Below are positions 48,962-57,720 of a stretch of DNA of 64,000 nucleotides, piece after piece. This DNA is from an uncultured virus (IMG/VR IMGVR_UViG_3300025133_000034) (taxonomy: Duplodnaviria; Heunggongvirae; Uroviricota; Caudoviricetes): IMG/VR virus record IMGVR_UViG_3300025133_000034; one strand, written 5' to 3'. Each line of letters opens with the position of its first letter. Positions within the stretch are counted from its first letter, which is position 1. The translations under genes and the position numbers were made by a program. Under the pieces are notes generated by a model. That model was given only the letters and a program-made list of their open reading frames with translations. It was not told the origin of the DNA and did not search any database.

Positions 48962-50419
48962 TCAATTAACCTTGTTCAGCCGGCTGTTGATAAATTTTTC
49001 ACCGCTTTCTGTAAGATAGTTGTGTCTTATGCCTTGCAAATTGGTTGCCTGCTTCAATGTTGATAGCTCAGATTTTGTCATATTTTCAATATTCCATAGA
49101 TTACCGCCGGCTATAGCTTGGGGGGATTGTGTCGTTGGCAAGGCGAAGAATGGTGACAGGTGTGTATGCTGTTGCACGGCCTCGTTCATTTTCATCTGAT
49201 ATTTGTTTGCTGCATGGCATATGTTAGCTAGAGCCTCTATCTGGCTTATCATGGTATCTAGCAATTCAATTAAGTTTTCGCCCAAAACCATAGGTTGTAG
49301 TTTTTTTGTATCGTTCATAGCAATAATCTCAATTCCACTACGGCCCAGCACTTCGCCTCCTTGAGAATTGAACTTATCTGTTCCAGTTACAATACGTATG
49401 CTTTCTCGGCCAATAATACGAACATTGTCTGCCTTTGTTACAATAGCTGACTTTGCACCATATTTTCCCGTCTCTTTGTCGTTCGTGTCATCTTTTAAAT
49501 CTGATTCTGCCAACCCAAATTCACCAATTCCAAAACTTTTGTCAACATCTATTTTTTGTGATATATATACCCGGGCGGAGTCTAGAAAAAAGTTGGGGTT
49601 TGTTTTTATTTGGCTCTCGACCACCTCTCCATTCGCAGTGGAGGCTTTTTCAACCTCTCTAGGGGAGTGACCACCTAGGCCGGCCACTAGATCTATTGAA
49701 TCGCACTGCGTATGTCCTTTACCACCGTAGCCAGTATGCGGTTTGGAAGATCGATCATTCCCGATAACAATGAACGCATTATTGTCTGGGCCGCGGCCGA
49801 CTACCAACTCACTGGGAGTATTCTCCCTCTTTACTCTGGCTTGTATTCTTTTTGAACCAAAGACACCATTAACGTTTTTTTCGGCTTTTTGTTCTTCGGT
49901 TAACCCTTCGTACTGCTTTCTTTTTTCTTCCGGTAGTCCAGATAGATCACGCGCCTTTTTCTCAAACAAAGAATTATTAAAAATAGAAGACGGTGATAAA
50001 CTGTTTTGCCCGATACCTGGTAAAGAGGTATTGACAGCAGGAGTAAATTGATCAAAAGTATTATAAGACCCGGGATCGTTAGAATAAACATGACCTGGCT
50101 GGGCTGTTTCCTTGTCTAGCTGCAGATTAAGACTAGATTCTTTATTCTCGCTTTTTTCTATTTCTACATCGTAAGTTTCTTGAATACTAAAAGTACCATC
50201 TTCAAAAGGATCTGCGTTGGGTGTTCCATTAATTCTAACACCAGAATCTTCTTTTTTTGCTTCTTCAAGATACGCCTTGGCCTCTGTAAGGCTGGTGGTA
50301 TTAATGGCCGACTTAATTTGTCCGGTATTTTCATTGATCAAGACCATATTATAATATGTCTTAACGCCGCTACTAGTTGAAATAGTAATATTTTTAGCTA
50401 CTATATTATTATTTGCCAT
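48962..50419 (-). CDS. Baseplate spike/hub protein (gp5 C-terminal / gpV-like)
   Basis: Beta-helix-like SARVYISQK and KADNVRIIGRESIRIVTG, then QPMVLGENL and an HTH (HxH) tip motif in QQHTHLSP. Confidence 0.6.
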   Translation of the reverse strand: MANNNIVAKNITISTSSGVKTYYNMVLINENTGQIKSAINTTSLTEAKAYLEEAKKEDSGVRINGTPNADPFEDGTFSIQETYDVEIEKSENKESSLNLQLDKETAQPGHVYSNDPGSYNTFDQFTPAVNTSLPGIGQNSLSPSSIFNNSLFEKKARDLSGLPEEKRKQYEGLTEEQKAEKNVNGVFGSKRIQARVKRENTPSELVVGRGPDNNAFIVIGNDRSSKPHTGYGGKGHTQCDSIDLVAGLGGHSPREVEKASTANGEVVESQIKTNPNFFLDSARVYISQKIDVDKSFGIGEFGLAESDLKDDTNDKETGKYGAKSAIVTKADNVRIIGRESIRIVTGTDKFNSQGGEVLGRSGIEIIAMNDTKKLQPMVLGENLIELLDTMISQIEALANICHAANKYQMKMNEAVQQHTHLSPFFALPTTQSPQAIAGGNLWNIENMTKSELSTLKQATNLQGIRHNYLTESGEKFINSRLNKVN

Positions 50420-50422
50420 TTT

Positions 50423-53400
50423 TTACCCCACCCTCTTCTTCGTTGCAACAATCTGAGGCCATGGAACAACTGATTTACCGGACCAAAACTGAAAATGCAT
50501 ATGATCTTCTACAGATGTAGTCGACCAAGATATAGCTTTTATTCTATCAACTATATTTGGTATGCCATATATTTCTGATATTCTCTTTTTCTCTGTCTCG
50601 TCCCACGTTGAGCCGGCGCGATATCTTTTCTTCAAAAAATAAGCATTTCCCCAGTACATGCCTGATGACTCACAGAAAGTAATTAGCCATTTTGTAGGAT
50701 CTGATCCCCTAGGAATGATAGGAGATCCATTAGCTACAGACATCATCTTTTTGTATCTTTCTTTTTGTTTTGGATTGTCACCGGTATCTGGGCCTTTATA
50801 AGCGCTGGGGGCAGATCGCCAATTTTCCACCATCCTTAGGGTGTTTTCATCCTGAAAAGCATTTTTCAATAATGTCCTGGGCTTTGTCTTGAACACACCT
50901 AGATTATACAACTCTTGGCCATGTTTTGTTAAAAGATCAGCAGTCCAGGCTCCAGTATACACACTATACATTGGTCTGGTTCTTTTCCCGTAGCCGGCAA
51001 GTGTGGGGTCTATATCAATAGCCATACCAAAAGCATGTAACGACATCCCCCAATTATAAGCTGTTTTGCCTCTGTAATCTTCGTATCCACGTATTCCCCT
51101 CACAATTGAAAACGGTGTGTAGTTAGACGCGTTGCATGCAGTTGTCCAGCCGGCAGCCAATCTATCAGTCAGGCATGACCAAATAGGTGGGCTCTCAGAT
51201 GTAGTGGTCTGCCCATTTGCGCTTCGAGATTGGTATTTAAATGTGCCAAGCTTAAAGGAACTAACTTCGTCCAACCTAGTCGGGATCTTGGAAGATTTAC
51301 CTGTAATCTTAAAACGACTCTTCTTTGGAGCGTAGGAAATCATAGCATATATTTCATCAAAATTATTGGGAGTGATAATTTGTTTCCCTCTGCACGTTGG
51401 ATCTTTTTCCTCTTCATTTTTTGGTGGGGCGTTGGTGCTGGTTATCTCTCCAAGCTTTATGGGCGGCGGTGCGCACTCGGGGTCTAGACGAACTACTTGC
51501 GCAGAAAGCTTGTCAATAGTATTATCAACTTTAAGCATGATCTTTTCATATGCATCAGGCTGGGCCATGGTAGCAGCCCAGGTACCAAGTTCGTTGATTA
51601 CAAACTGCTCAGTAAAAGCTCCATTATCAAAATTCTCATATAATTTATCCCACTCTTCTGATAATATGTTGGCCCCGAGCTGGGCAACTGGTAATTGAGC
51701 TGTTAGCCACTCTTTAAAGTCTACCAGGCGAGGCTTATAAAGACTGTGAGATAGTAATTGTCCTTCAAAATCAGATATTATCTGTAGTTCTGCTAGATCT
51801 TTTTTGGCTGTTATATAACTGACATAATCAGCAAAAAACTGACTTGAGCTGTTTGTTGCAACACCACCCTCTAAAGAGCAATAAACTTCTACTTTCGAAG
51901 ATCCCTCTATTGGTTCTCCCGTACAATATTCCGTAAATCCATTGCTTAGCAAATCTAGTAAAACACCTTCAAAAAAGTCTATTCTTTCTGTCAAATCGCT
52001 TATTTTCTTTTGTATTTTTGCAGCGTCGGCTGCAGCTTGTGTTTTGCTACAAGTTTCTGCGTGATCCGGAACAGATCTATGTGAAGGTGATATGGAACCA
52101 TCACTATCATTTTTTAGTAATGCTAAATTACTACCATAATCATTTATCATTGAAAATGCATATCCAACTTTTCCTTTTATATTAGGTGCGTCCCTTTTTG
52201 CAGTGTGTAAACTAATAAAAGTGTTTCCAACTGCGGCTGCGTCTGGAAAACTACTAAAAGAAAATTTACGCTCCCCCAGGCCACTAGGCGGCTTATTGTG
52301 TTTATCAAACATTTCATGCTGACCCAGTATAGTAAACAAATCATTGGGGTTTGGAAAATATTCTGTAATATAATTAAGTTCCACGCTATCATTTGCTAGA
52401 AGGAAATCTCTATATATGTAATAAGAAGGTGGATAGTTTTCGAAATAAGAATAAGCCCCCACAAGATCCAGCCCAGTATCTATAAAATCTATTCTTTTAA
52501 TAGGGGTTGTCCTAAACATTCTCCATGCGTCATCTTTTGCCCCAACTGACATCGGATCTTTTGATATAGCGGCTAAAGCAATCCCGCCAAGGCCATCAGC
52601 TATGACTGATACATACCCAATTTTTTCCTCGATTCCGGGAAAATGTCTTTTTAACACACTTATAACTTCATAATGAAAATTATTAAAGTGACCTCCAGTG
52701 TAGGAGCCATCAAAAGTAGAGAATTCTCTATTAGAAAAATGAGAAACTTGCATTACATCTTTATCGCCACTGATGGGAAGACTTCTTAGATAATTTCTCG
52801 AAGCGGCGGAAGACGGTAGATCCATCGACGTTCGAACTGTTGTCGCTCCATCTCCTGTGTGGCCCGGGCCGACGTCGTACCCGTCAGCTATATCGTTTAT
52901 TCTAGATGCTGTGGTTGAACCGAAGCCGCGCGAATAGGACATCTCGGGTATCACCAAAATAAAATTCCTTCCCTCCCTTATTAAATCTTTTATGCCCGGG
53001 CCTATTTTTTCTCTAAAATCGTTCTCTAGTATTGCTTCTGCCGTCGTTATTGAATCTTCTATAGTTGTGTTAGGTCCGTTTATCCAAGCATTGCCAAAAC
53101 CTCCCTTATCATGAAGATAATATTTGATCTCGATGGGAGAAGAAAGATCTAATGTTCCAGGTGCATATATAATGGTTTCTCGACCTAGACTAATAGGTCG
53201 ATCGACTAAATCTAAGTATCCATTTCCTCTTAAATGGCCAACCCATGTAAAGGCTCCGTTTTCGCCCCATGGAGCTGCGCCTGGTATATTATATTTAGGC
53301 GAGATAGAGGAGAGAAATAAGCTGTATCCAAAATGTTGCTTTGTTTGTGCAGTACCGTTGCCATATATTCCTGTTTTAATGCGTCCTTTAAATTTTCGTA

Positions 53401-54106
53401 TTGGTGGGCCGGGAAACAAAACAGGGTTTGGTTCTGTATGGCCTATGTAAAGGCCGCCGGCGGGATCAGCCATATCTCTCAGCGATCGGCAAGGCGGCTT
53501 AAAATCGCTCTTTGCCGAAACAAGCGACTCTAATTGGCTAAAAGAGCCAACTTCATGTAAGCCTAAAATTTTTCCCACAGGATTGCCATCATATCCAGTC
53601 GTATTATTAAGATTGTCATACGAAACCCAGATTAAGGATCCTGGAATTACTTGCTCCAGCATTTTATCATTATTCATTTGGTGGAATTCACCATGAGCGG
53701 CCATCCTAGCTTCATCTTCCTCGTCATCAGGAAAATCGATATCAGCATCTATTTCTGGTATTCTTGCTATTACTTTAACTGGCTGTGGTCTATAAGCTTT
53801 GTCTTTCTCTTCAGTTTGTGGACTCTTAAAATTATTTAAACTAATAGCCTTTGTCAAGTTACCATTGTTGGTCGATGCTACGTTGTTCACTTGCGGACCG
53901 GAAAGCACTTTCAACACTATAGCCAGATAGGGACCATTCTTAGTTATGGTCTCATGAGAATACCGGCTGTGTAACATTTCAGAATAAGTAACAAATATAT
54001 CTTGATCAGTATCGTAATAATCACCAAAGATGTCTTCGTCTAAAGAGTTTAATTCACCAATATCATAATTTCGGTATGTGGCCCATGGTGGCTTGGGTTT
54101 CGCCAT
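50423..54106 (-). CDS. gp5-like virion-associated peptidoglycan hydrolase with a C-terminal M15 peptidase, 1227 aa
   Basis: M15 zinc motifs SLHAFGMAIDID and EDHMHFQF. The N-terminus is OB-fold-like (YLAIVLKVL, VKVIARIPE), and the centre is alpha/beta-hydrolase-like. Confidence 0.7.
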   Translation of the reverse strand: MAKPKPPWATYRNYDIGELNSLDEDIFGDYYDTDQDIFVTYSEMLHSRYSHETITKNGPYLAIVLKVLSGPQVNNVASTNNGNLTKAISLNNFKSPQTEEKDKAYRPQPVKVIARIPEIDADIDFPDDEEDEARMAAHGEFHQMNNDKMLEQVIPGSLIWVSYDNLNNTTGYDGNPVGKILGLHEVGSFSQLESLVSAKSDFKPPCRSLRDMADPAGGLYIGHTEPNPVLFPGPPIRKFKGRIKTGIYGNGTAQTKQHFGYSLFLSSISPKYNIPGAAPWGENGAFTWVGHLRGNGYLDLVDRPISLGRETIIYAPGTLDLSSPIEIKYYLHDKGGFGNAWINGPNTTIEDSITTAEAILENDFREKIGPGIKDLIREGRNFILVIPEMSYSRGFGSTTASRINDIADGYDVGPGHTGDGATTVRTSMDLPSSAASRNYLRSLPISGDKDVMQVSHFSNREFSTFDGSYTGGHFNNFHYEVISVLKRHFPGIEEKIGYVSVIADGLGGIALAAISKDPMSVGAKDDAWRMFRTTPIKRIDFIDTGLDLVGAYSYFENYPPSYYIYRDFLLANDSVELNYITEYFPNPNDLFTILGQHEMFDKHNKPPSGLGERKFSFSSFPDAAAVGNTFISLHTAKRDAPNIKGKVGYAFSMINDYGSNLALLKNDSDGSISPSHRSVPDHAETCSKTQAAADAAKIQKKISDLTERIDFFEGVLLDLLSNGFTEYCTGEPIEGSSKVEVYCSLEGGVATNSSSQFFADYVSYITAKKDLAELQIISDFEGQLLSHSLYKPRLVDFKEWLTAQLPVAQLGANILSEEWDKLYENFDNGAFTEQFVINELGTWAATMAQPDAYEKIMLKVDNTIDKLSAQVVRLDPECAPPPIKLGEITSTNAPPKNEEEKDPTCRGKQIITPNNFDEIYAMISYAPKKSRFKITGKSSKIPTRLDEVSSFKLGTFKYQSRSANGQTTTSESPPIWSCLTDRLAAGWTTACNASNYTPFSIVRGIRGYEDYRGKTAYNWGMSLHAFGMAIDIDPTLAGYGKRTRPMYSVYTGAWTADLLTKHGQELYNLGVFKTKPRTLLKNAFQDENTLRMVENWRSAPSAYKGPDTGDNPKQKERYKKMMSVANGSPIIPRGSDPTKWLITFCESSGMYWGNAYFLKKRYRAGSTWDETEKKRISEIYGIPNIVDRIKAISWSTTSVEDHMHFQFWSGKSVVPWPQIVATKKRVG

Positions 54107-54118
54107 TTATCTGTATCC

Positions 54119-54418
54119 TCATTTTTTTTCTTGTAATAAGTCATAAATATCAGATTTATCATCTGGCGACAGGCCTTCAACAATCGTTTCTTTTTTAGAA
54201 ATAAGTGAGGCCAGCTTCACCAACTGTTCATTTGATCTTTGTAGTGTTTCTAAATATTTGGCAGCTACAGGGCCAGAATATTGGTGTTTGGTTTCATCTT
54301 GTTTCAGAATTTTCATTAATTCTATTAGAAGAGTCGAGGCGAGGGCCCGATCTTTTCTAATATTGTCAAATGCTTCTTCAACGAAAGCATGTGAATTTAT
54401 ATGTTTCCCCTTTCCCAT
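54119..54418 (-). CDS. Small helical hypothetical protein, 99 aa
   Basis: Overlaps the 3' end of the sigma gene; amphipathic helices. Confidence 0.7.
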   Translation of the reverse strand: MGKGKHINSHAFVEEAFDNIRKDRALASTLLIELMKILKQDETKHQYSGPVAAKYLETLQRSNEQLVKLASLISKKETIVEGLSPDDKSDIYDLLQEKK

Positions 54419-55089
54419 TCGTTTTTAAACATCCTATATCTTTTTCGTATCCTGTTGAGATTGTTTACAATCTGCTTAGTATTCAAGCCCGTGATTTCTC
54501 GCATATACAGGTAAATAGCTTTTTTATTAAAAATTTCAATTTCGTCAATACTATTAAAGAGGATGTTAATGGCATCTAGGACTTTTTTTTCATTATCCTT
54601 TAACTTAAGTTTTTCCCAGCTTTTCATTTCTTGAAACAAATGCTGCCAAAACTCGGCTTCCTCCCTCTCGGATTCATAATAGTTTTTAGTTATTAACTTA
54701 TCAGATTCTAAATTTATAGGCAGATCTTCGTATTGAACATCCCTCTTTAATCTTTTAGAATTTTGTTTTACTTTATGAATAAACCAATTTTTAGTTATGA
54801 CACTGAAATAAGAAAACGCTTTTGATTTTTTACTTGGATCGTATTTGTCTAAAATTGTTATAAGCCATAGCTTGCAATCATCTTTTAAATAATCGATATT
54901 TGGCAAATTATTAAATTTGTACGTATACACAATTTTATCTACCATTTCGTCAAATGCAGGACCAATATATTGTATATATAATTCTGATCTTATACTTTTT
55001 TCGTCAGTTAAGGCATAATCTATAATTGCATTTTCATGCACTTTTGTAAAATAATTATTCTTCTTTCGGGTTTTCTTCTTCGTAGTCAT
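54397..55089 (-). CDS. gp55: Phage RNA polymerase sigma factor (gp55-like late sigma)
   Basis: N-terminal NYFTK and sigma region 2 pattern DDCKLWLITILDKYDPSKKSKAFSYFSVITKNWFI; C-terminal HTH-like MREITGLNTKQI. Confidence 0.8.
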   Translation of the reverse strand: MTTKKKTRKKNNYFTKVHENAIIDYALTDEKSIRSELYIQYIGPAFDEMVDKIVYTYKFNNLPNIDYLKDDCKLWLITILDKYDPSKKSKAFSYFSVITKNWFIHKVKQNSKRLKRDVQYEDLPINLESDKLITKNYYESEREEAEFWQHLFQEMKSWEKLKLKDNEKKVLDAINILFNSIDEIEIFNKKAIYLYMREITGLNTKQIVNNLNRIRKRYRMFKNEWERGNI

Positions 55090-55444
55090 CTTCTTCTTCT
55101 TCTTGGATATCGACCTCTATATTAAAATATTTTTCTTGTATATCAATATATTGGTTGAGTAGTTCTCTAGAGTGATCAATGAGATATTGTAAATTTTCAT
55201 CGCCGTAATACATCTCTAATTCATGAATCTGCTCCAAGTGTTCAGAAAACTTTTCTGTACTCTCGAACATAATATTCATGTCATCTTCAATTTTACTACT
55301 TTCTATCAAAAACTGGTAAACATACCAAAGAAAGAAGATGTTTATTAATGCACTAACATATAAAAGGAAAGGAACAACTCCAGCTATGTACATCAATAAT
55401 ATTGCATTCAATATTATTGATACAAAAAAAATAATTTTACTCAT
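55055..55444 (-). CDS. Membrane protein, two TM segments and an acidic tail
   Basis: IIFFVSIILNAILLMYIAGVVPFLLYVSALINIFFLWYV; probable ATG at 55444. Confidence 0.7.
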   Translation of the reverse strand: MSKIIFFVSIILNAILLMYIAGVVPFLLYVSALINIFFLWYVYQFLIESSKIEDDMNIMFESTEKFSEHLEQIHELEMYYGDENLQYLIDHSRELLNQYIDIQEKYFNIEVDIQEEEEDDYEEENPKEE

Positions 55445-55697
55445 TTGAGCTATAAAGTTCATTACTTAATTTCTCTTTCTGATTATCTAAATCAGACTTA
55501 AATTCTTCAATCGAGCGTTTAACAATATCACCAACTTTTTTATCTGCTTCTCTTATATCTAAAACAAATTGAGTTGGTAATTTTTGTAAAGAATTTTGTT
55601 TGCCACAATCTTCACATTTTTCTCTTTTATCGCTCATAGAGTGATAAATAGCAACAATACTTTTACAGTCAGTGCACTTGTAAATGTATTTAGGCAC
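55437..55697 (-). CDS. FmdB-family zinc-ribbon protein
   Basis: (M)PKYIYKCTDC...CEDCG; probable GTG start at 55697. Confidence 0.8.
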   Translation of the reverse strand: MPKYIYKCTDCKSIVAIYHSMSDKREKCEDCGKQNSLQKLPTQFVLDIREADKKVGDIVKRSIEEFKSDLDNQKEKLSNELYSSNE

Positions 55698-55698
55698 C

Positions 55699-55905
55699 TT
55701 ATTCTGACCCACTATCTATGGGGTATTCATCGTCGCTGTCGTGTTCTAATTTCACTAGCGGAGGATTCATAATATACAATTGTTGTTCTTCGCCTATTTT
55801 AAAATCAAAATCTTTTAAAACAGGCACTATATCGCTCTGCTCCAACAAAGATTTTTGTAGGGCCATCATGACCGCGCCTAAAGCCTCATCTGATAGTTTT
55901 AACAT
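55699..55905 (-). CDS. Small hypothetical protein
   Basis: MLKLSDEALGAVMMALQKSLLEQSDIVPVL; AAGGAG RBS before the ATG at 55905. Confidence 0.65.
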   Translation of the reverse strand: MLKLSDEALGAVMMALQKSLLEQSDIVPVLKDFDFKIGEEQQLYIMNPPLVKLEHDSDDEYPIDSGSE

Positions 55906-55906
55906 T

Positions 55907-56806
55907 TTATTCTCCTTTGTTATACCATTCATAAGTTTTTCTCAAGCCCTCCTGAAAGGGCGTAAAATTATATTTTCCGATTAGCTGCATTAATATGTCG
56001 TTCCTGCCATCTTTGCGTAGTGGCCCTTCAAGTTTTCCATTAAAGTTATATTTTACATCTTTTTTAGAAATTTTTAAACAAATATCAATCATTTCTTTAA
56101 TAGAGGGGTTTTCATAAGGCGCCACTATAATGGGATCGTTCGTGTGGTGTTTTTCTAGTAATAGTGGAATAATTTGTGCCAAATCTTCGACATAAAGCTG
56201 TTGCCGTCGAGGCTTTCCTGTGCCCCAAAACTCTAGCGTATCGCCATGGTTTGATTCAGAAAATTTTCTTATCATAGCTGGAACAAAATGAGAAGATGTA
56301 GAATCAAAATTATCATCCGGGCCGTATACATTTGAAGGTGAGAATGTACTATAATCCACTCCATACTGCTGTCTATATGCAGATGACATTACATGTAGAC
56401 ATCTTTTTGCATAACCATATGAAAAATTGCTTTCTGGTGGAGGGCCTTTAAATAAATCACCCTCGTTAAAAGGAAAAGATTTTATATTTTCCGGGAAGAC
56501 ACACGTGCTCAAAATTGATAATACACGAGGGACACTCTCTTTATACGCTTCATGTATTACATTTGTATTGATTTTAATATTCTTATGTATATATTCAGCT
56601 TGTTTATCGGTATTATCCTTAATTCCACCTACTTTGCCAGCTAAATGTATAATGGCATCTAGATGCCTATGATCACGAATCATGCCACGAGTTTGATAAT
56701 CGCTGGTTAAATCGTAGTCTTTTGATGAAATGTAAATCCATTCTGGCTTTTCTTTTTTAAGAGCGGAACCTATAAAACCACTACCGCCTGTAACTAATAT
56801 TCTCAT
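55907..56806 (-). CDS. fcl: GDP-L-fucose synthase-like epimerase/reductase (extended SDR)
   Basis: TGGSGFIG, HLAGKVGGI, STCVFP, YGYAK, NVYGPDDNF, SHFVPAMIRKF and WGTGKPRRQ. Confidence 0.88.
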   Translation of the reverse strand: MRILVTGGSGFIGSALKKEKPEWIYISSKDYDLTSDYQTRGMIRDHRHLDAIIHLAGKVGGIKDNTDKQAEYIHKNIKINTNVIHEAYKESVPRVLSILSTCVFPENIKSFPFNEGDLFKGPPPESNFSYGYAKRCLHVMSSAYRQQYGVDYSTFSPSNVYGPDDNFDSTSSHFVPAMIRKFSESNHGDTLEFWGTGKPRRQQLYVEDLAQIIPLLLEKHHTNDPIIVAPYENPSIKEMIDICLKISKKDVKYNFNGKLEGPLRKDGRNDILMQLIGKYNFTPFQEGLRKTYEWYNKGE

Positions 56807-57681
56807 TAAAGTGTAAACTCCTTCTCAAAAAAATCACCGCAAGCACAATGTTCGGTGAAATACTTTTTTGCATCTTCGCTAAACCATTTAAAAATATAAT
56901 TATTCATTAATTTAACAAAATTTTCTTCGCTTAAGTTGCCAAAACCATCACAATAATGCCATACTTTTATCTGTTTATGATCTTTAGTATAAAGTTTTTT
57001 ATCTTGAACATAGAATTTATTTAAATGAGGTCCCCAAGGTTTTTCATAAGTAGAAAATTTTGCTGGTTTACCAGGTCCATCCAACGGCTGGGCGTGATAA
57101 CCTTTCGGAAGACACATGTTTCCTTTTGAGCGAACATTGTAAACAACTTTACTTTTTAAATAAGGTCCATCAACTATTTTACAAGAATATTTATAATCAT
57201 TTGACCATACAACATAGTTCAACGCACCCTGTTCCGCATATGCAGGGAAAAGTGGTGATTTTTTTATAATGTCACGAATAGCTTTTAAGTTATTAAAACA
57301 AATTACATCTGCATTTAAATGTGTTTCTTCGGTTGGAGTGAGCAACATATGATTGTCAACCAAGTAATAGGGATAATCTAGCGAAGCTAAAATATCATGT
57401 TCATTATCATCTAAAAATTCATTTAATCTTGCACATGTTATAGTATCGGCGCCTAAAATAATTATTTTGTCTAATTTATGTTTTATCATTATTTCATAAG
57501 CTAGCATATATTTAGAAGCGCCGGTGTCCGGCACCGCGGTTAGCCCGTGAGCTTCTCTATTATTCTTATTAACATGAAACAATGTTATATCAGGATGGAA
57601 TTTTTTGAAACTTTCCATCGCACATGATCCAAGTTTTTCGTATTTTCTTCCATAAAAATATATTAAACAACCAATTTTCAT
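56806..57681 (-). CDS. Putative GT-A fold glycosyltransferase (GT8-like)
   Basis: IILGADTI (DxD-like), HLNADVICF, AEQGALNYV and WHY; lies within the sugar cluster. Confidence 0.55.
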   Translation of the reverse strand: MKIGCLIYFYGRKYEKLGSCAMESFKKFHPDITLFHVNKNNREAHGLTAVPDTGASKYMLAYEIMIKHKLDKIIILGADTITCARLNEFLDDNEHDILASLDYPYYLVDNHMLLTPTEETHLNADVICFNNLKAIRDIIKKSPLFPAYAEQGALNYVVWSNDYKYSCKIVDGPYLKSKVVYNVRSKGNMCLPKGYHAQPLDGPGKPAKFSTYEKPWGPHLNKFYVQDKKLYTKDHKQIKVWHYCDGFGNLSEENFVKLMNNYIFKWFSEDAKKYFTEHCACGDFFEKEFTL

Positions 57682-57720
57682 TCAGCCCTCTTTAATTGTA
57701 AAATGAACTTTAAATTTATA

